Source: Candidatus Pelagibacter sp. (lineage in GTDB: Bacteria > Pseudomonadota > Alphaproteobacteria > Paracaedibacterales > CAIOTO01). From it: 64,000 nt of DNA. The notes beneath the pieces are model-generated. The model was given only the letters and a program-made list of their open reading frames with translations, was not told the DNA's origin and did no database searches. The DNA lies in NCBI GenBank assembly GCA_013823725.1, contig PNMQ01000004.1, forward strand, positions 33,569 through 97,568, in the 5' to 3' direction. Position numbers and translations under genes: made by a program. Shown here one piece after another: positions 10,325-19,696 of the stretch (its first letter is position 1; each line of letters opens with the position of its first letter).

Positions 10325-10454
10325 TATTTTCTCCTTTCGGTTGATGACCAAACTTCTAGTCACAGTGTTATGTATAAGAACACAAGAAGGCCAGGTATTT
10401 AGCATATACTTTTTTTAATTTTAAAGCAATATTCTAATTTTAAAAAAATTAAAA

Positions 10455-11051
10455 CTAGACAGACTTTTTACATACTATTTTTTTTCCAAAGCAATAAACT
10501 TTTTCTAAAAGAATTGCTACTACTATAGATGCAGGAATTTTATACAAAAATGGATACAAACCATATGTTAAGGCATTCTGTGATGACATCAATAGAGACA
10601 TCCAAAATAGCCCACATAAATACAAACCCATTTGCCCTACAGATAAAATGCAGAATCTTGAAATCATACAACTAATTCCATTTTCCGACTCTACGACTCT
10701 TTTTTTTAAGAAACTTACTAAAAATGCCATTGCTATAAAACCGATTAGAAAGCCACCCGTTGGCCCCATAACAGCAACTAGACCACCTTTCCCACCAGCC
10801 ATAATTGGGAAACCCCATACTGCCTGTAAAAAATATAAACATGTGGCTCCTACTGCAATTTGTGTTGTTGACAGTAAAGCAATTAGCATAACTGTTGTGT
10901 TTTGCATCGTAATTGGAATAAAGGGCAAAGGAACAGAAATTTGTGCCGACAAAGCAATGACCCAAGAAAGAGCGAAGCAAATAGCAAATTTTTTAATTAT
11001 ATTTATTAATTGTGAATTTTTAAAATAATGATTTTTTTTCATAACAAGCAT
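10455..11051 (-). CDS. bioY: Biotin transporter BioY (ECF S-component type)
   Basis: About six TM helices with BioY blocks SAQISVPLPFIPITMQN and GPTGGFLIGF. AGGAG lies 6 nt before the ATG at 11051. Confidence 0.75.
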   Translation of the reverse strand: MLVMKKNHYFKNSQLINIIKKFAICFALSWVIALSAQISVPLPFIPITMQNTTVMLIALLSTTQIAVGATCLYFLQAVWGFPIMAGGKGGLVAVMGPTGGFLIGFIAMAFLVSFLKKRVVESENGISCMISRFCILSVGQMGLYLCGLFWMSLLMSSQNALTYGLYPFLYKIPASIVVAILLEKVYCFGKKIVCKKSV

Positions 11052-11246
11052 TTTAAACTCCTAAGCTCATTTTAACTACACCAGTATATCTATTTTATTA
11101 TATCTAGTCAAATTTGTTTTCCTTTTGTTATTTGCATCAATTTTTACTATAATTATTTATATTTTATGTTTTTTATTCATAGATACAGCGCTGTGTTTAA
11201 TTTTCATATCTAAATGAAAAAGCTACATCAATTTTGAGGATTTCAT

Positions 11247-12116
11247 ATGATTTTAAAAGGAAGAGATATTGCGCAAGCACAGATACCCTTACTACGACAA
11301 ACAGCTCAAAACATACAAAATCAACTTCAAATCCCAGTCACTCTGCACATTGTTTCTGTAGGTGATGATCCTGCAAGCCAAGTTTATATTTCAATGAAAA
11401 AAAGAAAAGGTTCCGAAGTGGGTATACATGTTGAAGTGCACCAATTAGACAAAGATACAGATCAAAAAAATATTGAAATGCTAATTGCTCATCTAAATCA
11501 AGATCCTCATGCGCATGGCATTATTGTTCAACTTCCCTTACCTTCTCAAATCAACAAAGATACAATCCTCAATATGATACATCCGTTAAAAGACGTTGAT
11601 GGACTGAGCGCCACAAGTCAAGGACTTTTAATTCAGCAAAATCCAACTCTTGTGCCATGTACACCTTTGGGATGTTTGCATCTCATTAAAGAAGTCTATC
11701 CAGATGTATCAGGGAAAACTGTCACTATAGTTGGCAGGTCTTGTTTAGTAGGCCTTCCGCTGTCTCTGTTACTGATTCAAGAAAACGCAACTGTCACCCT
11801 ATGTCATTCAAAGACTATTGATTTAAAAAAACACACACTATCTTCAGATATCATTGTTATGGCTTGCGGAACACCTCACCTTCTGACAGAAGATATGGTT
11901 TCACAAAATGCTGTAGTTATAGATGTTGGAATATCACGTCTACCATCAGGTGAAATTGTTGGAGATGCTGATTTTGAAAACCTTTATCAACGCGTAAATG
12001 TTATAACCCCGGTACCTGGAGGTGTTGGACCTATGACTGTCTTATATCTTTTGCACAACACATTAAAAGCTGCAATTTTACAAAATAATCTATCGAATAT
12101 ATCCACTATAAAATAA
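11247..12116 (+). CDS. folD: Bifunctional methylenetetrahydrofolate dehydrogenase/cyclohydrolase
   Basis: VGDDPASQVYISMKKR, GIIVQLPLP, KDVDG, TPLGC, VGRSCLVGLPL and PVPGGVGPMT blocks. Confidence 0.9.
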   Translation: MILKGRDIAQAQIPLLRQTAQNIQNQLQIPVTLHIVSVGDDPASQVYISMKKRKGSEVGIHVEVHQLDKDTDQKNIEMLIAHLNQDPHAHGIIVQLPLPSQINKDTILNMIHPLKDVDGLSATSQGLLIQQNPTLVPCTPLGCLHLIKEVYPDVSGKTVTIVGRSCLVGLPLSLLLIQENATVTLCHSKTIDLKKHTLSSDIIVMACGTPHLLTEDMVSQNAVVIDVGISRLPSGEIVGDADFENLYQRVNVITPVPGGVGPMTVLYLLHNTLKAAILQNNLSNISTIK

Positions 12117-12223
12117 TATGTGACGTATTAACAAATCCAAGTTTAAACATTCATATTTCGTTTGCAATGGAATTTAAAATAATATTATGATTTTTAAATA
12201 CCTGTAAATATGAAGCTTCATAC

Positions 12224-13033
12224 GTGATAAGAAAAATAATATCTTCTTTAATATGTTTACATTTAACGCTATGCTGCAAAATCTTTGCAATTGAAGAACA
12301 TCAGCTAAACACTTTTTTTGAAGCTTGCCAGTTGCTTGAAACATCTGCTTTCCTTCATGTTCGTCCTGTTAGAAATCGTTACTATGATAGCGAAACTATC
12401 GGAACCAAAATAAACAAACAAATACAAGAACTTTCTTTACCCGAAAATGTAACACCACATGAAAACTATCAGAATCTTCAAGAATACTTTTTAAATGCGC
12501 TGGATTGTAAAGACGGACAAAATATAAAAAGAATATTACACGCCATAACATCTCGCAATATATCTACAAAAGAATTCCTCTCGTTAAACAATATCCAACC
12601 TTATTTGAATATGCTTTCCTTATACTTCACTGAATTAACGTCTTGGGCCTTATCTGAACAAGACATAAACGGATATTATGCAAGCCTTCAATTACATATT
12701 AATTCTAAAGATAAAAAATCAGCACACGCACATTCATTTGAAATTTTTTTACAGCAAAGAATTTTAAATAAAAAATTTATTCGTCGCTGTGGAAAAATTA
12801 TCGATGACTTTGTTGCCAATCGTACTTTTGATAAAGAACATATCTCTAACTTACTCAAAATATTAAATAAATATGATCCAGAAGCATTAGGAGAGGAACC
12901 ACAATTCACTACAAATAAAGAAAACCCCACCATTGATTTAGAAAATGAGATCAATGCAAAACAGTATTTTTTTTATAAAATAAAATTTAAATTAATAAAA
13001 ATTCTAGATACCCTTGAAAACGGGGATGCATAA
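12224..13033 (+). CDS. Exported hypothetical protein
   Basis: GTG start and a hydrophobic N-terminus (IISSLICLHLTLCCKIFA). I recognise no domain. Coding status rests only on ORF length and the lack of a competing ORF. Confidence 0.45.
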   Translation: MIRKIISSLICLHLTLCCKIFAIEEHQLNTFFEACQLLETSAFLHVRPVRNRYYDSETIGTKINKQIQELSLPENVTPHENYQNLQEYFLNALDCKDGQNIKRILHAITSRNISTKEFLSLNNIQPYLNMLSLYFTELTSWALSEQDINGYYASLQLHINSKDKKSAHAHSFEIFLQQRILNKKFIRRCGKIIDDFVANRTFDKEHISNLLKILNKYDPEALGEEPQFTTNKENPTIDLENEINAKQYFFYKIKFKLIKILDTLENGDA

Positions 13034-13062
13034 ATATTTCCACAAAATAAAAGAAATTATTT

Positions 13063-13980
13063 TTAAGAATTTGTATGGTTAATCCAATAACTATCAAATC
13101 CAGCAAGCACAGAGCCTCTTACAATTCTGGATAGCCATCCATGATAAAGCGTATGTAAAGAACCAGATCTATAAAGTTTCTGAATAAATAAAAAAGTCGT
13201 TACAGGGCTGCGTAAACTTCTTATGTTTTCTGCATGTATTTGAGCTCTTAAAGTTAATAGTGGAAAAGTAACTGACGCCTGTATTGCTGAAATTATGGGC
13301 CCCATAATGCAAGATTCAGAAAAAGTAAGATTATCTTTCTTGTTAAACAGTATCTGTTTTAAAATCCTGTTAGAGATCAAAAAAACATTCAAATGCAAAA
13401 ACGAAGATTGAAAAGTTAATAATCCACCTTGAAAAAACCACGATCTATGCCTGAAACAATCTGAAAAATCGCATCTATTATTTTGGATGAATGGAATGTC
13501 AAGCTTGCGAATATAAGCCACTTTTATACGCTCAAATGGATTAGCAAAAACGATATCAGTAGATGAAATCATAGCAGAAATAAATAATTGAGAAACCACA
13601 GGATTCTTCAAATAACTATTTTCTGGTAATTTTTTTGTCTGTAACATTAAATATTTATATAAAAAATAGGTAGACTGTGCACGTAGTGTTAATTCAACAA
13701 GATGTGTTTTCAAAATAGGCACTAAAATAGGTCGATGTACTGTTTTAATAGCCTTAAAAAGGCCACTATAGGAGTCACCCGTTACTTGTCTACCTATAGT
13801 CAGAAAATCAAACGGAAAAGATATAATAGGGCGTGTAACCGCAGGAACAGTGCTTTCTTTTACAGCTTTATAAAATAACTGAGACTGAGATATAACATTA
13901 CTTCCGTCTTTATCTACAGCGAAACCATAAGAATAAAGACAGAAAAAAATTAAATAAAATTTATATCGCATTTTGCACAA
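13063..13980 (-). CDS. Mitochondrial-carrier-family-like membrane protein (eukaryote-like)
   Basis: 305 aa. Three ~100-aa segments each contain a degenerate P-x-[DE]-x-x-[KR] carrier motif: PFDFLTIGRQ, PFERIKVAY and PLLTLRAQ. Each is followed by an aromatic/Gly segment and an even-numbered helix; the third, LYHGWLSRIVRGSVLAGFDSYW, is close to the canonical carrier consensus. Confidence 0.45.
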   Translation of the reverse strand: MCKMRYKFYLIFFCLYSYGFAVDKDGSNVISQSQLFYKAVKESTVPAVTRPIISFPFDFLTIGRQVTGDSYSGLFKAIKTVHRPILVPILKTHLVELTLRAQSTYFLYKYLMLQTKKLPENSYLKNPVVSQLFISAMISSTDIVFANPFERIKVAYIRKLDIPFIQNNRCDFSDCFRHRSWFFQGGLLTFQSSFLHLNVFLISNRILKQILFNKKDNLTFSESCIMGPIISAIQASVTFPLLTLRAQIHAENIRSLRSPVTTFLFIQKLYRSGSLHTLYHGWLSRIVRGSVLAGFDSYWINHTNS

Positions 13981-14064
13981 TAAAGAAAAGAATGCCTCAT
14001 TTAAGGGTAGATAAGCTACTTTTCTAATTCAATAAAATTCAATCCTGGCACACTACATAAAAAT

Positions 14065-17000
14065 CTAGATATCTTCAGAGATCAAACTTTGAATTTCATA
14101 TTCAATTTGATTATTAAATTTGAATTTCTTTTTAAAAACGAATTTAACTTTTCCCACATTTTCAATTTTGGTGGTTACCGTTAATGATGATTGTCCTTTG
14201 GGGACATCTGAAAGAATATTTTTCAAGCGATCAAATAATACAATTTCTGGTTGAAGATGAATATGCACATCCTTCACTTTGATTTTTGATTCTAAATGTT
14301 CACAAGCAATAACTGTAAATTTTACGTTATCATCTTCTGATTTAACACGTGCTTGTACAAAGATGCAGGTTCCTTGTTTCAAAAGGTCTTTAGACTTTAA
14401 ATAAAGATCTGAAAAAAAAACAAGGTCGATAACTCCTGTTTTATCTGCTATTTGAATGAAAGCAAATGCATCACCTTTTTTAGATTTCTTTTCCTGGACT
14501 GCAGCAATTGTTCCTGCGAAATTCACATAAGGTTTATATTCGCCATCGGTACAAATATAATCATACACTTGACCAATTGGGGCTACATCCAACGATGATA
14601 AATGATTCAAATAAACATCCATAGGATGAAGAGACATATAAAAACCAATGGAATCAAGTTCCTTTTGCAAACTATCTTGAACTCCCCAATCTTTACCTAT
14701 AGCTAAGGGCAGATTAATCGTCTGATTTTCTTTCGTCTGAAACAACGTTTTCTGTTTACTTTTTTGCGCTTTATATATCATTTGTGATTGCTGTATAAAA
14801 ACTTCGACATTTTCATAAAAAGCTTTCCGATTGATAATTTTATGTTCTATTAACATTAATTCATCAAATGCTCCTGATGCTATTAAACTTTCAAGTTGAC
14901 GTTTATTAATGGTTTTACTGTCTAATCTTAATGCAAAATCTGTTATGTTTTTAAAAGGTCCATTTTGATTCCTCTCGATTAACATTTGCTCAACAGGCGC
15001 AATTCCTACATTTTTTAATGCAGAAAGACCATACCTAACACTCCATTCACCATCCTTTGATTGTTCACACGTAAAATTAACATGGGAAGCATTAATATCA
15101 GGCTTCAACAGATTATGACCATACTGTTCCATATCATTTTTGAAAATATTAAGTTTATCCGTATTCTGTTTATCTAAAGTCATGGAAGCACAATAAAATT
15201 CAATTGGGTAATTAGCCTTAAGGTAGGCTGTTTGATACGCAATTAAAGCATAAGGGGCAGAGTGCGATTTGTTAAAACCATAGCCTGCGAATTTAGCCAT
15301 TTGATCAAAAATAAGGGATGCTGTTTTTTCTTCAATACCTCTTTCTGTGGCACCTTTAACAAACAAATCTCTTTGATCATCCATTTCTTTTTTAATTTTT
15401 TTACCCATGGCTCTGCGCAAAAGGTCTGCTGCACCCAAACTATATCCTGCAAGAACCTGTGCAATTTGCATAACTTGTTCTTGATAAACCATAACCCCAT
15501 AGGTTGTATTTAAAATGGGTTCTAATTTAGGATGCGCATATACAACAGGTTCATGTCCGTGTTTACACGCAAGATATCTAGGAATATCGTCCATAGGTCC
15601 CGGACGGTACAACGCAACAAGGGCTATTAAGTCCTCAAACAAATCAGGCTGAAGTTTTTTCAAAACATCTTTCATGCCAGCACTTTCAAGCTGGAATACG
15701 CCAACCACATTCAAATCACAAAGCAATTTAAAAGTTTTAGAATCGTTCAAAGGTATTTTGTGAATTTCAACAAGTATATTGTGGTTTTGTTTAATCAGTC
15801 TGCAACATTCTTGAATAACAGTTAGAGTCTTAAGACCCAAAAAATCGAACTTAACCAACCCCATAGCTTCAACATATTTCATGCTGAACTGAGTTACAGA
15901 AAGGTCAGAACTTTCGTCTTTAAAAAGAGGTATAACGTTGTTGAGTGGTTGATCCGAAATAACAACCCCAGCAGCATGGGTGGATGCATGACGGTATAAT
16001 CCTTCAAGTTTTTTTCCCATATCAAACAGTTTTACCAACTGGTGATCTTGCTGAATCATTTCACGTAAACTTGCACTTTCATCTAAAGCCTGAGAAAGTG
16101 TTACAGGTTGCGCCGGATTATTCGGAATCATTTTACACAAACGATCAACTTGACTGTAAGGTAATTGCATAACTCTGCCTACGTCACGCAATATCATACG
16201 TGCTTGGAACTTTCCAAATGTAACGATGTGCGCCACACATTCTTGCCCATATCGTGACCTTACGTATTGAATAACTTCATCACGTCTGTCTTGACAAAAA
16301 TCCACATCAAAGTCAGGCATGGAAACACGTTCAGGATTCAAAAATCGTTCAAAAATGAGACTAAAACGAATAGGGTCTATATCGGTAATAGTCAAAGACC
16401 AAGCTACTAACGATCCAGCACCCGAACCACGCCCTGGCCCCACAGCGATATCTTTTGATTTTGCCCATTTAATAAAATCAGCAACGATCAAAAAATAACC
16501 AGGGAAACCCATATGATTGATAACGCCAAGCTCATAATCAAGACGATCGTAATATATTTTTGATATAGCATCGTCTGGTTCATTAATAAAAATTTCTTCT
16601 TGCAAACGTTTTTCAAGACCGGCATAAGATTGATTTTTCAATTCGTCATATTCAGAAACTTCTTCTGATTGAATGAATTTTGGAAGAACTGGAGCCCTAC
16701 CCTTTAAAACAAAATGGCACCTTTTAGCAATTTGGACTGTATTGTCTAAAGCTTCAGGTAAATCTAAAAACAAACTTTCCATTTCTGAAACATTTTTAAA
16801 ATAGTGTTCTTTTGTTTCATGACGTCTTTTTTGTTCATCGATATAAGTACTATCCGCAATACAAAGCAGTGCATCATGCGCATAATAATCATTTTGTGTT
16901 TTAAAAAAAACATTCTGTGTCGCCACAATAGGAATGGAATAATCAGCTGCAAGTTTTAAAAATAAGGGTTCGGTATTTTTTTCATCTTCTAAATGGTGTC

Positions 17001-17544
17001 TTTGAATTTCCAAATAAAATCGATCGACAAAAATTTCTTTAAAAGTCTGCGTAAGATTTTTCATTACTGAAAAAACAAAGGGCATGTCTTGATTCAAATT
17101 CAAGGCCAAATATCCTAAAGGTCCTAAATGTCCACCAGACAAACAAATCAATCCCTGTTGGTATTGCCTTAAATCTTCCAACGTAATATAGGGAACTTCA
17201 ATCGTATCTTCTTTAAAATGTGATAGTGTACTTAATTTTATAAGATTCTCATAACCTAATTGAGACTGCGCCAATAAAACAATATCAGCCTTAAAACTGT
17301 GTGTAGTTTCATTGGGCAATTCAATATCTAATTTTAAACTGATTTGAGAAGCAATAATGGGTTGAATGCCTTTTTGCAGTGCATAACCCGAAAATTCTAA
17401 GGCACCATATAAATTATTAGTATCAGCAACAGATATTGCTGGCATACTATAATCAATGCATAAGTCAATAATGTCTGGGATCTTGATAGCGCCTTCACTA
17501 AGTGAATAAGCACTATGCGTTCTGAGGTGAACAAAAGTGGAGAT
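14065..17544 (-). CDS. dnaE: DNA polymerase III alpha subunit
   Basis: Carries the GPGRGSGAGSLVAWSLTITDIDP and FERFLNPERVSMPDFDVDF blocks. The ATG-delimited ORF ends at 17445. The same frame stays open upstream and encodes the conserved PHP N-terminus FVHLRTHSAYSLSEGAIKIPDIIDL (17535 downward). That stretch has no ATG, GTG or TTG. The 5' end given here (ATC at 17544) is provisional; see the finding. Confidence 0.9.
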   Translation of the reverse strand: MSTFVHLRTHSAYSLSEGAIKIPDIIDLCIDYSMPAISVADTNNLYGALEFSGYALQKGIQPIIASQISLKLDIELPNETTHSFKADIVLLAQSQLGYENLIKLSTLSHFKEDTIEVPYITLEDLRQYQQGLICLSGGHLGPLGYLALNLNQDMPFVFSVMKNLTQTFKEIFVDRFYLEIQRHHLEDEKNTEPLFLKLAADYSIPIVATQNVFFKTQNDYYAHDALLCIADSTYIDEQKRRHETKEHYFKNVSEMESLFLDLPEALDNTVQIAKRCHFVLKGRAPVLPKFIQSEEVSEYDELKNQSYAGLEKRLQEEIFINEPDDAISKIYYDRLDYELGVINHMGFPGYFLIVADFIKWAKSKDIAVGPGRGSGAGSLVAWSLTITDIDPIRFSLIFERFLNPERVSMPDFDVDFCQDRRDEVIQYVRSRYGQECVAHIVTFGKFQARMILRDVGRVMQLPYSQVDRLCKMIPNNPAQPVTLSQALDESASLREMIQQDHQLVKLFDMGKKLEGLYRHASTHAAGVVISDQPLNNVIPLFKDESSDLSVTQFSMKYVEAMGLVKFDFLGLKTLTVIQECCRLIKQNHNILVEIHKIPLNDSKTFKLLCDLNVVGVFQLESAGMKDVLKKLQPDLFEDLIALVALYRPGPMDDIPRYLACKHGHEPVVYAHPKLEPILNTTYGVMVYQEQVMQIAQVLAGYSLGAADLLRRAMGKKIKKEMDDQRDLFVKGATERGIEEKTASLIFDQMAKFAGYGFNKSHSAPYALIAYQTAYLKANYPIEFYCASMTLDKQNTDKLNIFKNDMEQYGHNLLKPDINASHVNFTCEQSKDGEWSVRYGLSALKNVGIAPVEQMLIERNQNGPFKNITDFALRLDSKTINKRQLESLIASGAFDELMLIEHKIINRKAFYENVEVFIQQSQMIYKAQKSKQKTLFQTKENQTINLPLAIGKDWGVQDSLQKELDSIGFYMSLHPMDVYLNHLSSLDVAPIGQVYDYICTDGEYKPYVNFAGTIAAVQEKKSKKGDAFAFIQIADKTGVIDLVFFSDLYLKSKDLLKQGTCIFVQARVKSEDDNVKFTVIACEHLESKIKVKDVHIHLQPEIVLFDRLKNILSDVPKGQSSLTVTTKIENVGKVKFVFKKKFKFNNQIEYEIQSLISEDI

Positions 17545-17569
17545 AACATCCTCAATTTCAAAAATGTTA

Positions 17570-17645
17570 TGGCTCCCCGGGACGGGCTCGAACCGCCGAC
17601 CCAGTGGTTAACAGCCACTTGCTCTACCGACTGAGCTACCGGGGA
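17570..17645 (-). tRNA. tRNA-Asn (anticodon GTT), CCA encoded
   Basis: Folded by hand. Acceptor TCCCCGG/CCGGGGA, D-arm GCTC-AGTCGGTA-GAGC, anticodon arm AGTGG-CTGTTAA-CCACT, T-arm GGCGG-TTCGAGC-CCGTC, discriminator G, then CCA. Length 76 nt. Confidence 0.9.
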
Positions 17646-17825
17646 ATAATAAAATATTATATCGAATTGTTTTTCAAATCAAGTTTTTTTTTATTTTTTT
17701 TCAAAAATATGATATAATAATTTTTGATTTAAATGTTATTTTTCAAAACAAAATTATCGTAATATTGCTTTAGTTTTTTCAATAAAGACAAAATTAACCT
17801 CAGTTTAGCTTATACAAAAAAAATT

Positions 17826-19637
17826 GTGAACGATCTACATAAAACCATTCATGACATAAAAATGCGTGTCAATCTTTCTGACGTTATAGGTAACGTTGTG
17901 AAGTTGCAACGCAAAGGCACTCAAATAAGAGGGTTATGCCCTTTCCATAATGAAAAGACACCTTCATTTAATGTGGATGATGCTAAAGGAATGTATAAAT
18001 GTTTTGGTTGCGGACGATCAGGAGACCATATTTCCTTTCTTACTGAAAAAAGAGGAATGTCTTTTAAAGAAGCTGTTGAAGACCTCGCCTACAAAGCAGG
18101 CGTAAATGTTGATAGTCTATTTTCGCATCAAGGCGCCCATACAGTTGAATATGGAACGCTAACAAAGGGATACGATATCAATCAAGCTGCATGTGAATGG
18201 TTTCAAAAACAATTAGCAGAATGTCAAAATCATACCGTTCTAAACTATATTAAACAACGCAGGTTTTCTCCAGACACCTTAAGGCAATTTAAAATTGGCT
18301 TTTCGCCTTTTGAAGGTGGTTTGATTAAACATCTTAACTCCTTAGGCTTTAACGAAGACATTATTAAGGAATATGGCTTTTGTACGAAAAATGGGAAAGA
18401 TCTATTTCGCGGAAGATTGATGTTTGTCATTTGCGATACAAAAGATAAAGTCTTAGGTTTTGGAGGAAGAGGTATTCAAACTGACCAAGTTCCTAAATAT
18501 TTAAATTCACCAGAAACACCGTTATTTCAAAAAAGCCATGTCTTGTTTGCTCAAAATATTGCCTTTAAAAATATCATGACAGATACCCCTCCTGTGGTGG
18601 TTGAAGGTTACACCGATGTTATGCGACTTTACCAAAACGGTTTTACAACAGCAGTAGCACCCCTTGGAACCGCTTTTACAGAACATCATCTCGATATTTT
18701 ATGGAGAAGACATTCTTCACCTTTGTTTTGCTTTGATGGTGACAATGCTGGTTTTCAAGCTGCTATTAAAACGTCTCATACTATTTTGGCAAAAATCAAA
18801 CCTAACTTTTCAGCTAAATTCTGCATTCTCCCCGTAGGACATGACCCCGATAGTTATTTACAAAACGAAGGAACATATAATTTCAAACAACTTCTGAGCA
18901 ATGCAAAAAGCATATCGGATATGGTTTGGATGGGGTTAGAAAATAAATATTTAAAACCACATCAGCCATCAGAATATATAGATGTTTCTCCAGAAATAAA
19001 AACATCCTTCAAAAGAGAAATTTTTCAAATTACATCGACTATTCAAGATGAAGATTTACAAGATTTTTTCAAACAAGATCTACTGAGGAAATTTGATTCA
19101 TGTTTTGACTATAGAACAGTTAAAAATAATAAAAAAGGTGGGCCTTCCTATAAGTCTCTAAATCAAGGTCTCTTGAATCAAGTGAAGCAAAGCAATCAAA
19201 AAACCAAGAAAATTGAATATATTCAAAAGATACTGTTGATCTGTTTAAAGAATAATCCTCTCCTTATAAATAGAGTCCATGAAGAATTAGTGCAATTTAA
19301 TGGTTTACCTTCTCGATTAAATGAGTTTAAAATGGTTCTCACAGATTATTTTCACGAAACCACTGACACTCTGATTCAACTTTGTTATAAAAAAAACCTT
19401 GACGACGTCTTAAAACAGATGAATGATTTTGAAGCAATGAATCCTTTTTCTTTAATAAAACCGCACGTTAATGATGAGGATTTAGATGAACTTTACAGCA
19501 GTTGGATTTCACTTTGGACAAGTTATTTAGAATACACACAAACTCAAAAAGATAGTCAGTATATGAAATCTAAAGTTTGTGAAACCGAGAATGATGCAGA
19601 ATGGGAGCGATGGAAGCTTTATAAAATGAAAACATAA
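17826..19637 (+). CDS. dnaG: DNA primase
   Basis: Zinc ribbon CPFHNEKTPSFNV...YKCFGCGRSGD, plus TOPRIM EGYTDV and FDGDNAG. GTG start. Confidence 0.9.
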   Translation: MNDLHKTIHDIKMRVNLSDVIGNVVKLQRKGTQIRGLCPFHNEKTPSFNVDDAKGMYKCFGCGRSGDHISFLTEKRGMSFKEAVEDLAYKAGVNVDSLFSHQGAHTVEYGTLTKGYDINQAACEWFQKQLAECQNHTVLNYIKQRRFSPDTLRQFKIGFSPFEGGLIKHLNSLGFNEDIIKEYGFCTKNGKDLFRGRLMFVICDTKDKVLGFGGRGIQTDQVPKYLNSPETPLFQKSHVLFAQNIAFKNIMTDTPPVVVEGYTDVMRLYQNGFTTAVAPLGTAFTEHHLDILWRRHSSPLFCFDGDNAGFQAAIKTSHTILAKIKPNFSAKFCILPVGHDPDSYLQNEGTYNFKQLLSNAKSISDMVWMGLENKYLKPHQPSEYIDVSPEIKTSFKREIFQITSTIQDEDLQDFFKQDLLRKFDSCFDYRTVKNNKKGGPSYKSLNQGLLNQVKQSNQKTKKIEYIQKILLICLKNNPLLINRVHEELVQFNGLPSRLNEFKMVLTDYFHETTDTLIQLCYKKNLDDVLKQMNDFEAMNPFSLIKPHVNDEDLDELYSSWISLWTSYLEYTQTQKDSQYMKSKVCETENDAEWERWKLYKMKT

Positions 19638-19696
19638 GAACACGCTGAAACATTTTTAAAATAAGTGTTACTTTTTTATTTAAAGAAAGAATTATA

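Noticed and set aside
10648-11028. 126-aa plus-strand and 102-aa minus-strand ORFs overlapping bioY
   Set aside because: The bioY frame carries the family motifs and a good Shine-Dalgarno. The alternatives are shadow ORFs with implausible composition.
15243-15513. 85-aa and 83-aa ORFs inside dnaE, and similar ones at 15984..16172 and 16764..16952
   Set aside because: They are alternative-frame or antisense shadows within a 3.4-kb gene with continuous DnaE homology.
17397-17618. 73-aa minus-strand ORF spanning the tRNA-Asn body and the dnaE 5' region
   Set aside because: It reads through a tRNA gene and is out of frame with the conserved DnaE N-terminus. Its ATG at 17549 matters only as a possible true dnaE start if the T4 run is a homopolymer error (see the finding).
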